Positions 1 through 11,000 of a DNA stretch of 64,000 nt are shown one piece after another. Source of the stretch: an uncultured virus (IMG/VR IMGVR_UViG_3300027797_000014) (lineage: Duplodnaviria; Heunggongvirae; Uroviricota; Caudoviricetes); the IMG/VR virus record IMGVR_UViG_3300027797_000014. One strand, given 5' to 3'. A program made the translations under genes and the position numbers. The notes below the pieces were generated by a model. The model saw nothing but the letters and a program-made list of their open reading frames with translations. It did no database searches and was not told where the DNA came from. How positions within the stretch are numbered: the stretch's first letter is position 1; each line of letters opens with the position of its first letter.

Positions 1-853
1 TGCAAATGGCGGTACCATTTCTAATAAAGGTGTTCAATGGAGTGCAACTCAAAATTTTGCAAGTATAATAGGAAGCACCTCTAATGGAACTGGTACAGGT
101 AACTATACAAGCACTTTGTCTCCACTTGTAGCTAATACTCAATATTGGGTTAGGGCTTATGTTGTAAATGAAGTAGGTACGGGATATGGTCAACCAATAA
201 GTTTCATATCAGCACAAACAACAGTACTTAGTGCTTTTGATTACATTATTGTAACTTATCAATATGCACCACCTACTGGTCAAGATTATGATTTAGATAC
301 ACTTACTACTTTTAGATATCCAACTAGCACATTAGCTGGAACTTTATCTAACAATACAACTGGATTTATACCAGGAACAGGGGTTGTTGGTTGTGGAACA
401 CCATTACCAAGTAATGTAATACCTAATGGAGCCAATATGAATACATCTTATCTTTATTGGGGTGGGGATGATAATCAACAATCAGTTGATGGTACTTATG
501 GTGAATCAGTTGTTATAAACTTTAAAAATCTTGAAAACAGTGGTATTTTAACTTCAACTAGTGTTATAGCAGAATTATATGCTGGCTGGCATAGTGGAAC
601 AACTGCATATCCAATATCTGTAAAATATGAAACATTTATTGGAGGTACTATTTCATATGAAGTAGTTGCTGGAGTTCCAACAAATAGATTAGTGAGCAAT
701 GGTACAGTTGTAGCAGCGGCAACAATTTCAAATCCAATAAATATTATTAGTGGAAATTGTTCTCAAGGTGTAAGTGTAAAAAGAAATGTGGCTGAAATAT
801 CTTATAATACAACTACAGATATAGCAAGTATAGCATTTTTAGCATATTCATAA
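1..853 (+). CDS. Structural/surface protein with fibronectin type III-like domain, 5' truncated by the window edge
   Basis: The frame is open from position 2 (ANGGTISNKGVQWS...GTGNYTSTLSPLVANTQYWVRAYVVNEVGTGYG), a typical FN3 C-terminal pattern. The track's TTG start at 116 is therefore not the real start. Confidence 0.6.
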   Translation, partial: ANGGTISNKGVQWSATQNFASIIGSTSNGTGTGNYTSTLSPLVANTQYWVRAYVVNEVGTGYGQPISFISAQTTVLSAFDYIIVTYQYAPPTGQDYDLDTLTTFRYPTSTLAGTLSNNTTGFIPGTGVVGCGTPLPSNVIPNGANMNTSYLYWGGDDNQQSVDGTYGESVVINFKNLENSGILTSTSVIAELYAGWHSGTTAYPISVKYETFIGGTISYEVVAGVPTNRLVSNGTVVAAATISNPINIISGNCSQGVSVKRNVAEISYNTTTDIASIAFLAYS

Positions 854-886
854 TAAATAAAATAGTAATTTAATTAAAATATAAAG

Positions 887-1447
887 ATGGCATGTAATTG
901 TACAAAATGTAGTAGTAAATGTGGTTGTGCTGATACAGCATTAACAAACCCATGTACATATACTGACTGTAGTGTTGGTAGTGAAAGATGTGATGATATA
1001 CAATGTGCAGAATGCGTTAGCTATTGTGGAACCTCTTTTCAAATAGGTAATCCCGGTACTTTATTGCAAATAGCTAAAGGTGAAAGACTTGATTCTATTA
1101 TCCAAAAATTTGCTATGATACTATCTAATGGTTTAGGAGCATGTACATCTAATGATATACAGCATGATCCATTCAATGTATATGCAGGTGTTATTACAAA
1201 AAATACAGTATCAGTATTATGGAATGGAACTTGGAGTGGAAGTACAGGTGTTAATATTTATTATAATACACAAGTTGCTCCTGGCTCATGGGTTTTAGCT
1301 AATGCGGTACCAATTGTACCAACTGTGTTTAATTATACAATAACAAATCTTTCAGCTAGTACAGCATATAAAGTAAAAGTAGTAAGTGTTGGTAACTCAT
1401 CAGCATGTAAACCAATTGAAATACTATTTTCTACACTAGCGTTATAA
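887..1447 (+). CDS. Cys-rich N-terminus plus FN3-like domain protein (probable virion decoration)
   Basis: Dense N-terminal cysteines (CNCTKCSSKCGC...). C-terminal VSVLW...YTITNLSASTAYKVKVVS matches an FN3 pattern. Confidence 0.55.
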   Translation: MACNCTKCSSKCGCADTALTNPCTYTDCSVGSERCDDIQCAECVSYCGTSFQIGNPGTLLQIAKGERLDSIIQKFAMILSNGLGACTSNDIQHDPFNVYAGVITKNTVSVLWNGTWSGSTGVNIYYNTQVAPGSWVLANAVPIVPTVFNYTITNLSASTAYKVKVVSVGNSSACKPIEILFSTLAL

Positions 1448-1501
1448 CATTAAAAAAAACAACAATAGTGGCGGTTTGTTGGTTTTCTGTCACAGGCGTT
1501 G

Positions 1502-1535
1502 AAAGAGGCTGGGGAAACTCAGTCTCTTTTTTTTT
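1502..1535 (+). terminator. Rho-independent terminator
   Basis: AGAGGCTGGG-GAAA-CTCAGTCTCT stem-loop followed by a long T run, downstream of the 887-1447 ORF. Confidence 0.8.
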
Positions 1536-1599
1536 AAAATCAACCTTGGATATTATAAAAAAAAATTTACATTTACATAATTAATTTAAAAAAGATTCT

Positions 1600-2805
1600 A
1601 TGAGTTATTTAAAAAATAAAATACTTGAGTCATTAAAATGGAAAAAATCACCAGCTTATTGTGCATCAAGACTAGGAATATCAGAAGAAGAATATATTAA
1701 AGTTAAAGATCAGATTCTGGGTAATTTTAAAAAAGTATATAAAAAACAAAATTCTAATATTACTGAATCTGTAGATTTAGAAAAAGGCCAATCAACAATT
1801 TCAGGTTCTTTTACATATGAACCAAAAACTGCAGAACAGATAATTAAACTTTTAAAAATTGATACAAAGGTTTGGAAGTTATCACAATATTGGAATAAAC
1901 AAATGGGTGACCATTGGAGAGTTTCAGCTTTAATAACTAAAATTAAAGAAAATACCAAAGAAGATTTATTAGTAAATTTATTAAACAATTGGAAACCAAA
2001 GGTTTATAAAACACCCAGTATAAATAAATCACATAACTCTAATAAAACAGATGTATGCGGAGTAATATCTTTACAGGATATTCATTTTGGAAAGCAAGGA
2101 AATGAAACTATTGATAAAGATTTTGAAGACACAATAAAAAACTTATTAAATAAAGGTACTGCATCACATAACATTAAAGTGTTGTACTTTGTAGTGGGTG
2201 GTGACTTAATCAATATGGATACTTTTGCTGGCACAACAACAAGTGGAACACCTCTTGATAACTGTATGTCTGCAACAGATGCATATATGCAAGCTTTTGA
2301 TGCAATGCATTGGGCTGTGAATTATATAAAAAATTACTGTGAAGAACTTGTAATAGTATATGTTCCGGGTAATCATGATAGATTATCTTCTCACCATCTG
2401 GTACATGCCCTATCTAAATCTATTTATAATGATGGAGATATAACATGGGATATAAAGTATGAAGAAAGAAAAGTACATGTATGGCATAATAATTTTAATG
2501 CATTTGAGCATGGGGATAAAACAAGTAAAAACAATCCTTTGATATATGCATCAGAATACCCCAAAGAGTGGGGTAGAACAACAAACAGGACTTTATATAA
2601 GGGTCACATCCATACTGATAAGAAAGTTGAATACATGACATCTAATGAGACGGCAGGGTTTATAGAAAAGACACTTCCCAGTTTATGTAAAACAGACTAT
2701 TATCATTATAGTAATAAATATACAGGTAATAGAAGATCAGGTAAATTAGAATTGCAAGATCCAATTCTAGGCATTATATGTGAATTAACTCATCAATCAG
2801 TATAA
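1600..2805 (+). CDS. Calcineurin-like metallophosphoesterase with possible N-terminal HTH
   Basis: All five metal-binding motifs in order: DIHFG, GGDLIN, GNHD, HGD, GHIH. Confidence 0.85.
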   Translation: MSYLKNKILESLKWKKSPAYCASRLGISEEEYIKVKDQILGNFKKVYKKQNSNITESVDLEKGQSTISGSFTYEPKTAEQIIKLLKIDTKVWKLSQYWNKQMGDHWRVSALITKIKENTKEDLLVNLLNNWKPKVYKTPSINKSHNSNKTDVCGVISLQDIHFGKQGNETIDKDFEDTIKNLLNKGTASHNIKVLYFVVGGDLINMDTFAGTTTSGTPLDNCMSATDAYMQAFDAMHWAVNYIKNYCEELVIVYVPGNHDRLSSHHLVHALSKSIYNDGDITWDIKYEERKVHVWHNNFNAFEHGDKTSKNNPLIYASEYPKEWGRTTNRTLYKGHIHTDKKVEYMTSNETAGFIEKTLPSLCKTDYYHYSNKYTGNRRSGKLELQDPILGIICELTHQSV

Positions 2806-2839
2806 AGAAGCAACTTAAATTTCATTAAGTGGTCTTTTT

Positions 2840-2850
2840 TTTGTAAATTA
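2840..2850 (+). promoter_or_regulatory. Candidate phage promoter motif (TTTGTAAATTA variant)
   Basis: One-mismatch copy of TTTGTATATTA, which also lies upstream of genes at 15206, 45955 and 46741. Confidence 0.4.
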
Positions 2851-2863
2851 TAAATATAAGTGT

Positions 2864-3430
2864 ATGATAAACAATTTTAGAAAACCAGATTTAAAGGCAC
2901 CAAGATATAGAGAAAAAAGATTAGGTATATTAAATGAAGAAACAATAAAAGAATTTAAAGAAAAAAAACCTTTATATTCTAATATAGATAATGATAAATT
3001 AAAAAAGATAATAAAGCTTTATAATACAAATTTATGGGAAGCAGTAATTAAAAATAGAGATGGTGTAGAGTTACCTGATTCATTAGGATATTTGTTTATA
3101 GGCACATGTCCTTCTTCTAAAACGGTAAATACAAATTATGCACTATCTAAAGAATATGGTAAAGTATTACAAAACAAGAATTGGGAAACTGATGGAAACT
3201 TAGGTAAGATATTTTATACTAACTGGTCAACAAAATATAGATTTAAAAATAGAGAATTATGGAGATTTGTAGCTTGCAGAGAATTTAAAAGAGCAGTAGC
3301 TAAAACTTACCCAGAAAGCTGGACTAAGTATGTGGTGATGAAAAACAAATATAGAGTGGCTCATTTATATGATGTAAATACAGAAGAAACCAAAAAGGAA
3401 TTAGAATTATATAATGAATTTGAAACATAA
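2864..3430 (+). CDS. IHF/HU-like protein of the crAss-like structural module
   Basis: LKKIIKLYNTNLWEAVIKNRDGVELPDSLGYLFIG resembles the HU/IHF helix-helix-strand core. Its position before ring/tail genes matches crAss-like gene order. Confidence 0.55.
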   Translation: MINNFRKPDLKAPRYREKRLGILNEETIKEFKEKKPLYSNIDNDKLKKIIKLYNTNLWEAVIKNRDGVELPDSLGYLFIGTCPSSKTVNTNYALSKEYGKVLQNKNWETDGNLGKIFYTNWSTKYRFKNRELWRFVACREFKRAVAKTYPESWTKYVVMKNKYRVAHLYDVNTEETKKELELYNEFET

Positions 3431-3435
3431 ACAAA

Positions 3436-4113
3436 ATGTCACAGATAATAATAGCAGAAGCAGTATCAAGAATAAGAGGTCAGGTTAAAGCTGAGGTTCA
3501 AGATTCTTTTGTAACAGATAGATATATTTACAGTTTAATAGAAAAGTTTTCTCAAGTTTTAATGAGAAGACAAGACTCATTAAATAAATTAATGAAATTC
3601 AATTCTGTATGGTCAACTCTTCCATATGTAGAATTAATTGATGTTGATAAAGTAGAAGCAGGTTGTTCTGGAATAACTAGTGGATGTACAATCAAACGTA
3701 CAAAACTTAAGTTACCTTCAATGATTGAAGGTTATTGGGGACCACTTATTAGGACCATAAGTTCTATAGATGGTTCACAAGAACTTCAAGCAACATATCC
3801 TGGAATATATACATCCATGACTAAAACAACATCTTTTAAATATAATAGAGTAAAATATTTTTGGTGGTTAAATGGTTATATTTATTCACCTAATATTGAA
3901 TGGGATGCTATCAAAGTTGAGGGTGTATTTAATGAAGATATTACAAAATGGAATTGTGATGAAAAAGATGATTGTACTCCCAGATATAAACAACCAATTT
4001 ATGTACCTGAAGCAATGTTTGCAGAAATTGAATCTCAAATCATAAACATTATGATGAATACAATGAAGGTACCAAGTGAAGATTCTGATAATAAACAAAA
4101 CATAAATAGATAA
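3436..4113 (+). CDS. Putative tail ring / head-tail structural protein
   Basis: Size and position between the IHF-like gene and the tail genes; stop overlaps the next start (TAATG). Confidence 0.45.
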   Translation: MSQIIIAEAVSRIRGQVKAEVQDSFVTDRYIYSLIEKFSQVLMRRQDSLNKLMKFNSVWSTLPYVELIDVDKVEAGCSGITSGCTIKRTKLKLPSMIEGYWGPLIRTISSIDGSQELQATYPGIYTSMTKTTSFKYNRVKYFWWLNGYIYSPNIEWDAIKVEGVFNEDITKWNCDEKDDCTPRYKQPIYVPEAMFAEIESQIINIMMNTMKVPSEDSDNKQNINR

Positions 4114-5054
4114 TGAGCGTATCACATAAATATAGAACATTCACTCAATTATATGAAGACGTTGCTGTTGACTTTGCATCTTACTCATTAGAAGGATTGA
4201 TTGAACCTCAGCAATTAATTAAAGTAGCTACTAGAATTAATTATGAACTTGGTTTAAAAATACATAGAACTAAGGAAACTATAATTGATGTAGAACATGG
4301 TAGAGCTCAATTACCTAGAGATTTTGCATATATTAATTATGCATTTCTTTGTGGTGAGTATCATATCAATGCATCAATGCCATCAGGTACACACGTTGAA
4401 ACTTTTAATGATGTGCCTTACGTACCTGCACCTGGAGAAGTTGCTACATGCAGTACAGGAACAGGATGTGCTGATGTATGTGTAGTTCAAACATGTGATG
4501 ATAAAAATAGTTATCAATTAGTTCAAAGGATTTCTCCAAATCAATATAGAACTTATAGTACTTGGACTGAATTAAAAATTCAAGATATAAATCAAAAGAG
4601 TTGTTTTTGTCCTGATTTGGCAGCACAAGCTCCAGACATTGCGCAAATAGTTGATGGTTTTTTAATGACTAATTTTACTAGTGGTAGAGTTTATATTAGT
4701 TATCAAGGGGCTATGGAATCACCTGATGGAGATTTATTAGTTCTTGATCAACCTCTTTGTAATGAATATTATGAATATGCATTGAAACAAAGGATATTAG
4801 AAAACATGATTTGGCAAGGTGAACAAATGGCTCCTCAATTACAATTGGTTGAAGCACGTTTAAGACCTGCAAGAAATAATGCATTATCATTTGTAAATAC
4901 ACCAGATTTTGCTGAAATGCAAAAAGTCTTTATAATGAACAGAAGAGCTCAATATCATAATTATTATAATATGTTTATGAGTCATGCTCCATATAACCCA
5001 AGACTTCATAAAGGTATTAATACATCAAGCAGTATTAATAACCCTACACATTAA
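4113..5054 (+). CDS. Putative tail tubular/ring protein with Cys-rich insertion
   Basis: RAQLPRDF and VYISYQGAMESPDGDLLVLD...YYEYALK segments resemble crAss-like tail tubular proteins; lies directly before the muzzle-type gene. Confidence 0.55.
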   Translation: MSVSHKYRTFTQLYEDVAVDFASYSLEGLIEPQQLIKVATRINYELGLKIHRTKETIIDVEHGRAQLPRDFAYINYAFLCGEYHINASMPSGTHVETFNDVPYVPAPGEVATCSTGTGCADVCVVQTCDDKNSYQLVQRISPNQYRTYSTWTELKIQDINQKSCFCPDLAAQAPDIAQIVDGFLMTNFTSGRVYISYQGAMESPDGDLLVLDQPLCNEYYEYALKQRILENMIWQGEQMAPQLQLVEARLRPARNNALSFVNTPDFAEMQKVFIMNRRAQYHNYYNMFMSHAPYNPRLHKGINTSSSINNPTH

Positions 5055-5072
5055 TAAAAGAATTAAATAATT

Positions 5073-8000
5073 ATGGCACAGCAAAATGAAAATCCTGGGA
5101 CATCTTCTGTAAATACTAATTCATTCATTAAAGGAATGAATAAAGATATTACGCAGGCAATGGAACCAAAAGAAAGTTGGTGGCATGCGCGTAATGCAAT
5201 GAATAATTCTACTGATGGAGATCTTGGTGTAATAGGTAATGAACCATCAAACTTACAATGTGGTGTAATTCCATATACAATTATTGGTGCTATACATAGA
5301 TATGCTGATCAGTGGATCATATATTCTACTGATGATATAAATTCAGAAATTGGTTTATTTGATGACAGTGAATGTAAGTATGAAGTTATTGTAAATGATC
5401 CTTGTTTAAATTTTAATAGAAAATATTTAATAGTTGGTGCAGCTAAAGAGAATTTTGATTGTACTTGGCAAGTATATTGGGATGATGGAAACAATCCTTC
5501 ACGCTCATTAAACATTAATAAAGTACCGTGGATTCAAACTGTATCTTCTGCACCTGGTGATCCTTGTGTTACTTTTGCTGATACAAAACAATTAAATTGT
5601 GAGAAAATAAGATTAGCTCCTTTAGTTGATACACCTTGTATTACTTTAAGTAAATCAATAGATGGTGGTATGTTACAAAATGGAGCATATCAAGCATTTG
5701 TTGCTTATACAGAAAATGAACAAAAGGTAACTGATTACATTGGTATTTCTAATGTTCAAACATTATGGTCACATGCCGGTACAGGGGGATCATTAAATCT
5801 TAAACTAAGTAATTTAGATAAAGATTATGATTACTATGAGTTAGTATTATTAGTTAGAAATCAAGGTCAGATATATGCTAAACGTATAGGTCTATATAGT
5901 ACACAACAACAAGATATTAACATTGATTATATTGATGATACATTAGTTGCTGTTAGTTTAAAAACAATACCTCAAAGAAGTCCTGCTTATGAAAAATCAA
6001 ATGCAATGTATGTTGTAAATGATTGGTTAATTAGACAAGGACCTGTGAGTCAATTTGATTTTAACTATCAACCAATAGCAAATGATATTAAAGTTAATTG
6101 GGTAGCAAATCAGATAGATGCTAGTTATTATCATTTAGGTGGTAATAAATTGGGATTCTTAAGAGATGAACAATATGCATTCTTTATTAGATGGATTTAT
6201 AACACAGGAGAAAGATCTTCTTCTTATCATATTCCAGGAAGAGCACCAAGGCCATTTACAACCCCTTCAGGGACATATCTAGAAACAGATATTATATATG
6301 GTGCTAATGTTTTAGACACGGCTGGAGATCCTTTATATAAGGTTTATAATACAGGAACAATTACATCATCAGGTTTAAATGAAGTTCAGCCAGATGGTTC
6401 ATTAGTTATTGCTAGAGGTGAAATGGGATATTGGGAATCAACTGAAAGATATCCTTCTAATAGACCAGACATTTGGGGTGACCTTTGTGGCAAGCCTATT
6501 AGACATCACAAGTTTCCCACTGAAGAAGTAGGGGGTGCAAATTCACCATTACATATAAGTACAACAAACGGAGATTTAATTAATGTCTTGGGTGTTGAAT
6601 TTAAAAATATTGGAAGACCAAAATATAATGATGGAACATATATACCAAATGTTGTTGGTTATGAAATATTAAGAGGATCTAGAGCAGGTGCCAAATCTAT
6701 TTTAGCAAAAGGATTATTTAGAAATATGCGTAAGTATACTATACCTAACGCAGAAAATTTAATAGGTGGTAATGTTCAAGGTTTATATCCTAACTATCCA
6801 TACAATGATTTAAGACCAGATGTTTATTTTCATGATGGTGCTGCTAATAGCATTCATAGAACAAATGGTTGTAATAGTTTTACTGAATCAATAATTAGTT
6901 TTAAACCATTGGGTTCAGCTCCGGCTATAGCAGGTGATCCTTCTGGATATTCTAAAAAAGTATTTACTTTTTCATCACCAGATCTAATGTTTACTAAGCC
7001 TTTTCTTAATGCTTATGAAACTAGACTTTATGGATATTTAAGTGGTAATCAATCAGGTGCTTTTAAAGCATCAGAAGATCATCCTCAATTTAAGTTACTA
7101 AGAAATGGTTCAGCAATAATAGCCTCAATTGTAGGTTTGGGTTATGCTATTGCTCAAATTCAAGGAGAAAGAGGAAGCACAAGATCATCAGGAACTTCTG
7201 GAGGGTGGATGGCAGATGATTTTGTTTTAGCTTTCGGTTCAGGTGCTTCAACAGGTGTTGTTGGAGTAGTGGGTGCTGGACCAAATTTTCTTTCAAATTC
7301 AGGTGGTGCTGCAATTAATGCAGGTATTATTGCTACTCTTTCAAATTTATATGAAAGTGGTGATAACGCTTTGGCTTTTCTTGATTTATGGGATGGTGGT
7401 CTAGGTATAGAACTTGCAGGTCAAGCATTTTCTACAGCCTCTAATACAGTAGGTATAGCTCCTGCAGGAATAAGTGGAGAATATGTAATTACTAATACTC
7501 AAAATACACCTCTTTCTCAATTACCAATAGCAATTACAGCATTTGTTACATTTTTTACATCAGCGGCAAATATTGCTATTGGTGGCAATGAAATAATAGA
7601 GTTAATTTATAATTTGGTTAACAAATCAGATTTTGTATTTAAATATAATTCAGCAGGATTTTTTAATCAATTTACAAAAATTAACACAGGATTATTTAGA
7701 ATTAAAAATACAGATTCAAATTATTTAGGTCAATCATTTCAATCATTTGATGGTGGTAAGTATAAAATAAATAATTTATTTAGACCATCTACTGTAGCTG
7801 TTTCTTTAACTGATGCTATAGCAGAACCAAGTGTAGTTGATACATCAAGATTTACAATTGGGGGAATGGTTAATGCTGATGGTACAACCACTGAATTTTC
7901 TGATGAATATTTAACTAATCCAACAGCTAAACAAAAAACATCTATATCTGCTTATTATGGTGCTCTTAAGTTTAATTTTGATAATCAGTATGGTCAACTA

Positions 8001-11000
8001 GATGGTATTAAGCAAGTTCAAATGAGAGGTTGTGTAGAATATTTAGATCCTACTAAACCTGATGCTTTTAAATATTCTAGTTCAGCTATATTTAGTGGTG
8101 ATATATTTATTACTAGATATACTGAAAAAGTTATTATGCCAATATTTGCTCAATATTTATTAGGGCAACCAGATGAATTTACATATGATTATTCTCAACA
8201 TACTAATATTCCATATCCAAGATTTTGGTTAAACTCCCAAAAATTTGACATGACTAAGTTGGGTAGAAGAATAGCAAGTTTTGGTATTAATTTTAATGAA
8301 AATGAATTAGATGCTTTGTTACCTAATGATTTATTTTATTTAGATAGAGGTAATGATAGTTGTGCTAATATTATTGCTACCATAATTGGTGAAAGTGATC
8401 CTAATCCAATGTTTGCTATGAGATACGCATATATGTATTGTCATTCAAATGGTATATTAGATTTCTTTGTTGAGTCTGAAGTTAATTTAGCAAATAGAGA
8501 TTGGGAAGATAGAGCTGATGCAAGAATATATGATGTATATGATTATAATGATTTAGATGAATTATTTCATGCACAAATAGAAAAGAAAGACAACTTCTAT
8601 AAATATGATGAATCATTAAGTCCATCTAAATTTGTAACACAGTTGGGTAGTTTTGGTGAGATTCAAGCAAGATACTATGATCCATATACTGCAGAAAATT
8701 GTTATGTTAGTTATCCAAAGAGATTAATCTATTCATTACAAGCACAGAAAGAATCTAAGAAAGATTTTTGGAGAGTGTTCTTGCCATTTAATTATCAAGA
8801 CTTTAAAAACAAAGTAAGTGTAATTAAACCTATTAATAAAAATGGTGCTCTTATATTCTTTCCTTATTTGTCACCTCAAATGTTTCAGGGAATAGATGAG
8901 TTAAGAACACAGTTAGATACTAAACTTACTATTGGTGATGGAGGATTATTTAGTCAACCATTCCAAAATGTTGTCAATTCAGATTTATCAAATGAATATG
9001 GTTCATGTGAAAGTTTAAGAAGTGTTATGAATACACCTGTAGGTTTGTTTTTTATATCTCAAGCTCAAGGTAAAATATTCCACTTTACTGGACAAACATT
9101 AGATCCAATATCTAATGCTGGAATGAAATGGTGGTTTAATAAATACTTACCATCTCAACTTGTTAAACAATATCCTCAATTAGAATTTTCACCACTATCT
9201 GATAATCCTGTAGTTGGTGTTGGTTGTCAAACAATCTATGATCCTAATGATGATATAGTTTACTTTATGAAAAAAGACTATAGAGTTAAGGCTGAATATA
9301 TTGCTAGTATTACATATACTGAAAATAGAGGATTTGCTTTATTAGGAAACCCTATTACATTAGGTGACCCAATATTTTTTGAAGATTGTTCTTGGACTGT
9401 AAGTTATGATCCCAAAGCTAAAGCTTGGATATCATTTCATGATTGGCATCCAGAATTTGCATTGCCTAGTATTAATCATTTCTTTACTACTAAGACAATG
9501 GTTACAACTATTCCACAATGTCCTCCGGGTTATATATATAATGCTAGTAATGGATTATGTGAACAATCAATTAATATTAGTGAACGTGCTATTATTACAG
9601 TAGATCAAGTTAACTCTACTATTACTGGTGGACCTGAAGATTGTTTGGTGGATATTATTGTTGCAATGGATACATCAGGCTCTACTGATTCAGAGGGACG
9701 CAAAGAAGCTCAATTAGCATGGTTAGATGCATTTTTAAAAGACTCTAATATAACTGCACCAATGGCTGCAGGTAAAATGCAGATAGGCTTTACATCATGG
9801 AGTTCTGGTAATATAAATTATAATATACCAAATCCATTGGGTGGTACTTGGTCAATGAGTAATACAGTTACCCCAAGTCAAGTTGCTGCCTGGTATAATA
9901 GTAACTGGCAAAGTGGAGGTACAAATGTTTATTTGGGTATGTCTAGTGGACAAACCAGATTAAATGCAAAGTCAACAAGTAAATTGGGTGACAGAAGTGC
10001 ACAACCTTCTTTTAGACAAATTTTAATATTAGTTACTGATACAACAAGTAATCCTGGTAATATAGGCTGTCCTTTTCAAGGCACAGGTGTTTCACCAAGT
10101 TCTACTGGTCCAGCTAATCAATTAGTATATGCATTGTATTGTGGTGCAACTAGTGCTGTACCAACTAATCCTGCTGTATTAACAAATATATCTTGTACAC
10201 CGGGACCTGTAAACGTTGATGGATATCAGTTTGGAATTAATGCTGCTGTACCTGCAACGTTTACTGCTGTAGCAGCAGCTATTGCGGGATCTGTTTGTTC
10301 AATTCCATTTGTTTGTACTTGTCCTACAGGTTATACAAAAGTGTTTTATGATTTACTGACAGCTACTTATTCTTCACCGACTGGTATATGTGATGATATT
10401 AAACCACCAATTTGTAGAAAAGTAACATGTACATGTCCAGTTTCTCCTGTAGGTACAACAACTACAACAACAGGAAACTGTGATGATGTTTATTTAGTTG
10501 GTAATCCTACCTATGCAAATCCAAATCCACAGATTTGTAATTTTTATAAATATGAATCTACACCGGCTAATTTTAAAGTTGGTTCATTCTGGAAACATAA
10601 TGTAAGGTGTGATAGTTTTGCTAATTTTTATGGTACTGATTATCCATGGGAAGTAGAATTGGTTTCTAATACAGGACAAATGGTTAATACCGTTAGAAGT
10701 ATGGAATACCAATTAGAAAACTATGTGTATAAAGGGGACATGGGATTTGCTTGTAATGATGATAGATGGGAAGATTTAGACTTTAACTTTGACCAATCAA
10801 TCATTTATAATAATGAACAAGTATCTGGGTTATTGTTATTAACTCCAACACCATATAACAATCCTATATTAGAATTGAGTTATCCTATTATCAATCTGAA
10901 TAGTATGAATATACTATGTTCTAAAGTAGAACAGAAATATAGATTCAATCAGTTCTATGATATTACTAATGATAGAGGAGAATTTACAAATGCTGAACAA

